From an uncultured Gammaproteobacteria bacterium (GTDB lineage: Bacteria > Pseudomonadota > Gammaproteobacteria > CAWCPV01), in assembly GCA_963797555.1 (NCBI GenBank), contig CAWCPV010000005.1:1-64000 (forward strand): 64,000 nt of DNA, given 5' to 3'. The notes under the pieces are model-generated. The model saw only the letters and a list, made by a program, of their open reading frames with translations. It had not been told where the DNA came from and made no database searches. Below are positions 59,249 to 64,000 of the stretch, one piece after another; the first letter of the stretch is position 1; each line of letters begins with the position of its first letter. A program made the position numbers and the translations under genes.

Positions 59249-59297
59249 CTACCGCGCATTGACCTCGTCATCTTCTGGCGCAACAATATTGCGCACC

Positions 59298-59371
59298 GCG
59301 GGTGTAGTTCAATGGTAGAACGTCAGCTTCCCAAGCTGAGAACGTGGGTTCGATTCCCATCACCCGCTCCA
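59298..59371 (+). tRNA. tRNA-Gly(CCC)
   Basis: Canonical 74-nt cloverleaf GCGGGTG...TCAGC-TTCCCAA-GCTGA...TTCGATT...CACCCGC-TCCA. Confidence 0.96.
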
Positions 59372-59579
59372 TCGTTGCCGAGGCCTGATGCACCTCGCTG
59401 CCTCCCGAGCGTCGCGAAGAGTGACAGGAGGAAAAGCCGCCCCGGCCCGACGGCCTCGCCAGAGCGCACGAGCCTTGAATAGCCCTGGCGGGCATTTAAG
59501 ACTCTTTGCTTGCGCTCTCACGCCTCCGCGCCTCCCACCCTGGACGCGACTTTCGCCTTCCGCGCCGCTCGCGGCCTGC

Positions 59580-59785
59580 ACCGCGTAGCCACTATGGAGG
59601 CTCTGACGCCTGCGTCCGTCATCCCGGTGGCAGACTTCCCGACGTTCCGCGCACAACCATGCGGGTGACCCAAACATCGCCTTCACCGTCATGCCAGCGC
59701 GGCTCATGCGTTTCGGGCTTCGCCTTACCCTACCCGGCTCGCCGTCATTCCCCACCAAATCGAGTTCGTCTCCTACGGACCGAAC
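59580..59785 (-). mobile_element. Group II intron ribozyme fragment (part of D1 to start of D3), no RT and no D5/D6
   Basis: Minus strand GTAGGAGACGAACTCGATTTGGTG, GGCGAGCCGGGTAGGGTAAGGCGAAGCCCGAAAC, GTGAAGGCGATGTTTGGGTCACCC and GCAGGCGTCAGAGCCTCCATAGT resemble bacterial group II intron sequence (recognised from memory). Confidence 0.6.
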
Positions 59786-59795
59786 CTCCGGTGTG

Positions 59796-62471
59796 CTAGT
59801 GAGCCTCGTCCCAGTTCTGCCCCACTCCAATTTCCACCACCAGCGGCACCGATAGCTCCGCCACCTCAGACATCAGACGGCGGACGGCCTCCTGCACCGT
59901 GGGGACGGCGTCTTCGGCAACCTCGAACACCAGCTCGTCGTGCACTTGCATAATCATGCGGACACTTGTCTCGTCAAGACACCGATCGCAGCTTATCATC
60001 GCCCGCTTGATGATGTCGGCGGCCGAACCCTGCATGGGAGCGTTGATGGCCGTCCGCTCTGCCTGCATGCGCCGCTGAGCGTTGGAGACATTGATCTCCG
60101 GAATGTAGAGCCGACGGCCGAACACCGTCTCCACGAAGCCGCGCTGCCGCGCCTGGACACGCGTCGCCTCGATAAAAGCCTGGACCGCCGGGTAACGCGC
60201 GAAGTAACGTTCGATATAGTTCTGTGCTTCCTCTTTCGGAATCCCGAGCTGACGTGACAGTCCGAAGGACGACATGCCATAGACCAATCCGAAGTTGATG
60301 GCCTTGGCGCGACGCCGCTGATCCGCGCTCACGCCGTCCAGGGCCACTCCGAACACCTCAGCCGCGGTGGCCAGGTGAATGTCTTCGCCCGCCGCAAACG
60401 CGGCCCGCAGGCGCGCGTCCTGAGACAGGTGCGCCAGAATACGCAGCTCAATCTGGGAGTAATCGGCGGCTACCAGCCGAAAGCCCTGGTCGGCCACGAA
60501 CGCTTGGCGGATTCTTCGTCCCTCCAGCGTCCGGACGGGAATATTCTGGAGATTGGGATCCGAAGAAGACAGACGCCCTGTAGCGGCCACTGCCTGATGA
60601 TACGAGGTGTGCACACGGCGGGTGCGCGGATTGACCTGCTGGGGAAGCTTGTCCGTGTATGTGGACTTGAGCTTGCTGAGGGAGCGATACTCCAACAGCA
60701 GGTGTGGCAGCGGGAAGTCCAAGGCCAGCTCGCTGAGGACGTTTTCCGCCGTGGACGGCTGCCCCTTAGGGGTCTTCTGCAGGACGGGCAGCCCCAACCG
60801 GCCGAATAGTACGTCCTGCAACTGCTTCGGCGAGTCGAGGTTGAACGCTACTCCAGCGAGTTGGTGTGCCTCGCGTCGCACGGCGTCGATGCGCTGCGCC
60901 AGCTCGCGGCTCTGGGCCTCGAGCTGCGCGCGATCCACCCGCACGCCACGGCGTTCCATACGGGAGAGAACAGGTACCAACGGGATCTCGATCTCGTCGA
61001 ATAACGCTTGCACACGGGCCTCAGCGCATACGCGGGGCCACAGCGTCTGATGGAGGCGCAGTGTCACATCTGCATCCTCAGCGGCGTAGGGCGCTGCCTG
61101 CTCGATGGGCACCTCGTCGAAGCGCAACTGGCCTCGGCCCTTGCCGGCCACGTCCTCGAACCGGATGTTCCGGTGGCCTAGGTACTTCAACGCCAGGGAA
61201 TCGAGGTCGTGGCGAGTGGCGGTGCTGTCCAATACATATGACTCCAGCATCGTATCGAAGCGGATGCCGCGCAGGTCGACGCCGTGTCGCGCGAGAACGC
61301 TCATGTCGTACTTCAGGTTGTGGCCCAACTTCGGTCGCGCTGCATCCTCCAACAAAGGCCGCAAGCGGCCCAGAATCTCGTCGCGATCGAGCTGCTCGGG
61401 GGCGCCTGGGTAGCGGTGGGCCAACGGGACGTATGCCGCCTCTCCTGCGGCCACCGCAAAGGAGACACCAACGACCTCCGCCTGCATGTAATCCAGACCG
61501 GTGGTCTCGGTGTCGAAGGCAAACAAGGGAGCGGCGGACAGCCGCTCCAACCAGCGCTCCAAGCCGACCTTGTCGGACACGACTTCATACTGGGGTGGGG
61601 TGGTGGTTTCGGGCTCGGCGGAAGGCAGTTGCGCCAACCAGGTTTTGAACTCGAGGCGTTTGAACCATCCGCGGAGTGTCTGCGCGTCGGCCTCGCGGCG
61701 CCGCAGCCCCTGGAGACCGATAGGCAGAGTGATATCGCGACGTATCCGCGCCAGCTCCCGCGACAGCCGCAGTTGGTCCAAGTGCTGGCGCAGGCTCTCT
61801 CCGACCCGCCCGCCCAGATCCCCGGCATGCGCGACGAGGCGTTCCAGCGAACCATAGTCCTCCAGCAGCCGCGCCGCGGTCTTGGGGCCGATTCCTGGCA
61901 CCCCTGGGATGTTGTCGATCTTGTCCCCCACCAAGGCCAGATAGTCGACGATGCGCTCCGGAGGGACGCCGAACTTCTCGACCACACCACGTATGTCCAG
62001 TGTTCTCCCGGTCATCGTATTCAACAGCGTTACCCGGCCGTCCACGAGCTGGGCCATGTCCTTGTCACCGGTCGAGATGACACAAGGAAAACGGGAGGCC
62101 GATGCCTGCTCGGCAAGGGTTCCAATGACATCGTCGGCCTCGACACCCTCCACCACCAGCACGGGAATCCCCATGGCGTGGATCACCCGCTGCAAGGGCT
62201 CCACCTGTCCCACCAACTCATCAGGCATAGGCGCACGGTCGGCCTTGTAGCGCTCGAATAGGTCATCACGGAAGGTTCTACCGCTGGCGTCGAACACCAC
62301 CGCAACAAGCTCGGGTTCGTAGTCGGCGAGAAGCTTGCGCAGCATGTTCACCACGCCATAAACCGCGCCGGTCGGCTCTCCCTGGGAATTGCTCAGCGGC
62401 GGCAACGCGTGGAAGGCCCGGTACAAATACGAGGAACCGTCGACAAGGATGATGGGTTTGGTCTGTGGCAT
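59796..62471 (-). CDS. polA: DNA polymerase I
   Basis: LVDGSSYLYRAFHA, FDTET, GRLSSSDPNLQNIP, DYSQIELR, QVHDEL. Confidence 0.98.
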   Translation of the reverse strand: MPQTKPIILVDGSSYLYRAFHALPPLSNSQGEPTGAVYGVVNMLRKLLADYEPELVAVVFDASGRTFRDDLFERYKADRAPMPDELVGQVEPLQRVIHAMGIPVLVVEGVEADDVIGTLAEQASASRFPCVISTGDKDMAQLVDGRVTLLNTMTGRTLDIRGVVEKFGVPPERIVDYLALVGDKIDNIPGVPGIGPKTAARLLEDYGSLERLVAHAGDLGGRVGESLRQHLDQLRLSRELARIRRDITLPIGLQGLRRREADAQTLRGWFKRLEFKTWLAQLPSAEPETTTPPQYEVVSDKVGLERWLERLSAAPLFAFDTETTGLDYMQAEVVGVSFAVAAGEAAYVPLAHRYPGAPEQLDRDEILGRLRPLLEDAARPKLGHNLKYDMSVLARHGVDLRGIRFDTMLESYVLDSTATRHDLDSLALKYLGHRNIRFEDVAGKGRGQLRFDEVPIEQAAPYAAEDADVTLRLHQTLWPRVCAEARVQALFDEIEIPLVPVLSRMERRGVRVDRAQLEAQSRELAQRIDAVRREAHQLAGVAFNLDSPKQLQDVLFGRLGLPVLQKTPKGQPSTAENVLSELALDFPLPHLLLEYRSLSKLKSTYTDKLPQQVNPRTRRVHTSYHQAVAATGRLSSSDPNLQNIPVRTLEGRRIRQAFVADQGFRLVAADYSQIELRILAHLSQDARLRAAFAAGEDIHLATAAEVFGVALDGVSADQRRRAKAINFGLVYGMSSFGLSRQLGIPKEEAQNYIERYFARYPAVQAFIEATRVQARQRGFVETVFGRRLYIPEINVSNAQRRMQAERTAINAPMQGSAADIIKRAMISCDRCLDETSVRMIMQVHDELVFEVAEDAVPTVQEAVRRLMSEVAELSVPLVVEIGVGQNWDEAH

Positions 62472-62501
62472 ATCGCGATTGGGACAGTGGGCAACGATGG
62501 C

Positions 62502-63226
62502 ATGATGGTTGTGGACGGCAAGTCGTCTCACCCGGCGCCGCGGCCCGTAGACGATACGTTGCTCCCCCGGGAGTCCTTGGAAGATCTTTCAGATCATGGC
62601 CGAGTTCGTCGAGGGATTCGAGCGGTTGACCCAGATCCGTCCGGCAGTGAGCGTCTTCGGTCGTCTCGGATTCCCCCGGCCATTACCACACTGCCCTAGG
62701 AGATCGCCCGCGCGCTACCGGAGGCAGGCTTCAGTGTCGTCAGCGGTGGCGGACCGGGCATCATGAAGGTCGCGAACCGGGGGGCCTATGCGGGGAAATC
62801 CCCTTAGCATTGGCCTAAACATCGTGTTACCCCGCGAGCAGACGGCCAATCCCTATCAGGACATGTCCTTGAACTTCAGGCACTTCTTCTCGCGCAAGAT
62901 CATGTTCGTGAAGTACACCGCCGCGTATGCCGTGCTGCCGGGCGGGTTCGGAACCCCGGATGAGTTAGCCGAGATCCTCACGCTGGTGCGGACGGGCAAG
63001 ACCCGGCGCATCCCCATCATCCTGTTGCACGAGCCGTTCTGGCGCGGCTTGGTGGACTGGTTCCGCGACATCCTGGCTCCAGAAGACACGATCAGCCTGT
63101 CGGACCTGAGATTTGTATGTCATCCTGAATGAGCCCCGAGAAATGGTGAAAGCCATCTTCGACTTCTACCGGCACCGCGGCTTTAAGCCTTCTGCGTGGG
63201 AACGTGAGATAATGCTCGCACTATAA
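62502..63226 (+). pseudogene. LOG-family (TIGR00730) protein, disrupted
   Basis: KIFQIMAEFVEGFE, SGGGPGIM, FFSRKIMFVK, PGGFGTPDE; several frameshifts and premature stops. Confidence 0.75.
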
Positions 63227-63245
63227 CCGTTCACTGTAGGCATTG

Positions 63246-63629
63246 ATGCACCGCTCCGTCCTCGCCCTCACGCTGCTGGCCGCGGCGCTTGCACAGGCGC
63301 AGCCGCAGCCTCTACCGGACTTGGAGAGGCCGCCCGCCCCCGTGGTCGGCCAAGGCGCCGCAGAGGCAGGCAAGGGGCCCTCTCGGCCCCAAGAGCCTGT
63401 GCCACCGCCAAACGCCGGCGGCATCGAGCCCGAGATCACCATTACCCACAGGGGGCAGGTCATTGTACAGGAATACCGGATCAATGGGCGTCTCTACATG
63501 ATCCGGGTCATTCCTCCCATCGGCTTCCCCTATTACCTCGTCGACACCAATGCCGACGGCGTTTGGGATACTCGGCTGAACGACCTAGCCCCGATCGCCC
63601 CGCCCCAGTGGATTCTGTTCAGCTGGTAA
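63246..63629 (+). CDS. DUF2782 family exported protein
   Basis: Signal peptide, EPEITI, EYRINGRLYMIRV.P..G.PYYLVD, PQWILFSW. Confidence 0.85.
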   Translation: MHRSVLALTLLAAALAQAQPQPLPDLERPPAPVVGQGAAEAGKGPSRPQEPVPPPNAGGIEPEITITHRGQVIVQEYRINGRLYMIRVIPPIGFPYYLVDTNADGVWDTRLNDLAPIAPPQWILFSW

Positions 63630-63689
63630 TCGCGACAGGGCCGCATATCGGTCAGCCCAGGAAACCGGGGTCGCGTTGCAAGATTCGGT

Positions 63690-64000
63690 TGGGGCGCTCA
63701 TCGGAGCGAGGTGTTCGGCCCGCACGAATTCCGAGTGAACATCAAGCCGAGGACAAGCCCACTCGTCATGTCCCATGAGGGTCCACGTCATCTCCCACTG
63801 CTGGTCGAGGGTGCAGAGGAGGAGGAGCGGCTCGGCTACACCGCCGAACTCATGGTCTGTCTTGCAGATCGCGGCTTGCCGTCGCCGCGGCCCGTTGCCG
63901 ACTCCCGGAGGCCCCCTGAGGCACATCGACGGCAGGCCAGCGATTCTCGTATCGCGGCGGTGCGGGACCCGGCCAGGCATCCCGACGGTAGCCCAGTGCA
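63690..64000 (+). pseudogene. Degenerate type II homoserine kinase (thrB)-like fragment, runs off window
   Basis: ELMVCLADRGLPSPRPVAD / LRHIDGRPAILV..PTVAQC in shifted frames; expected synteny polA-LOG-DUF2782-thrB; no recognisable N-terminus. Confidence 0.5.

Overview
High-GC window, apparently gammaproteobacterial judging by gene order. It contains many 1-nt indels that look like long-read consensus errors, since even gltB and mrcA are split. The left ~33 kb is accessory. It holds the 3' half of a BREX type 2 (Pgl) defence operon (pglY-pglZ-brxD-brxHI) ending next to a degenerate tRNA-Ser(UGA), and three exported multiheme cytochromes c (8, 8 and 9 CxxCH). These are interspersed with RAYT remnants, GTAG REPs, DUF1640, Uma2 and a lipoprotein. 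Next come a Cache-GGDEF cyclase, a ~570-bp structured non-coding element overlapping the start of a sigma54-driven ORF, an orphan TmsA-like flavoprotein, a MoxR/VWA/BatD operon and an intact IS630. A stand-alone Anbu proteasome-like protease lies tail-to-tail with a bacterial cereblon (CULT) protein. The right ~31 kb is core genome: HDOD-GGDEF, gltDB, dgt, aroBK, pilQPO plus an in-frame pilM-pilN fusion, mrcA, malic enzyme, rpmE, lemA-htpX, rho, trxA, rhlB, tRNA-Gly, a group II intron fragment, polA, decayed LOG and thrB, and DUF2782. The best candidates for something new are the 20.6-21.1 kb non-coding element, the Anbu-cereblon pair and the Ig/PKD-cytochrome cluster. All family assignments come from motif recognition; no database searches were run.
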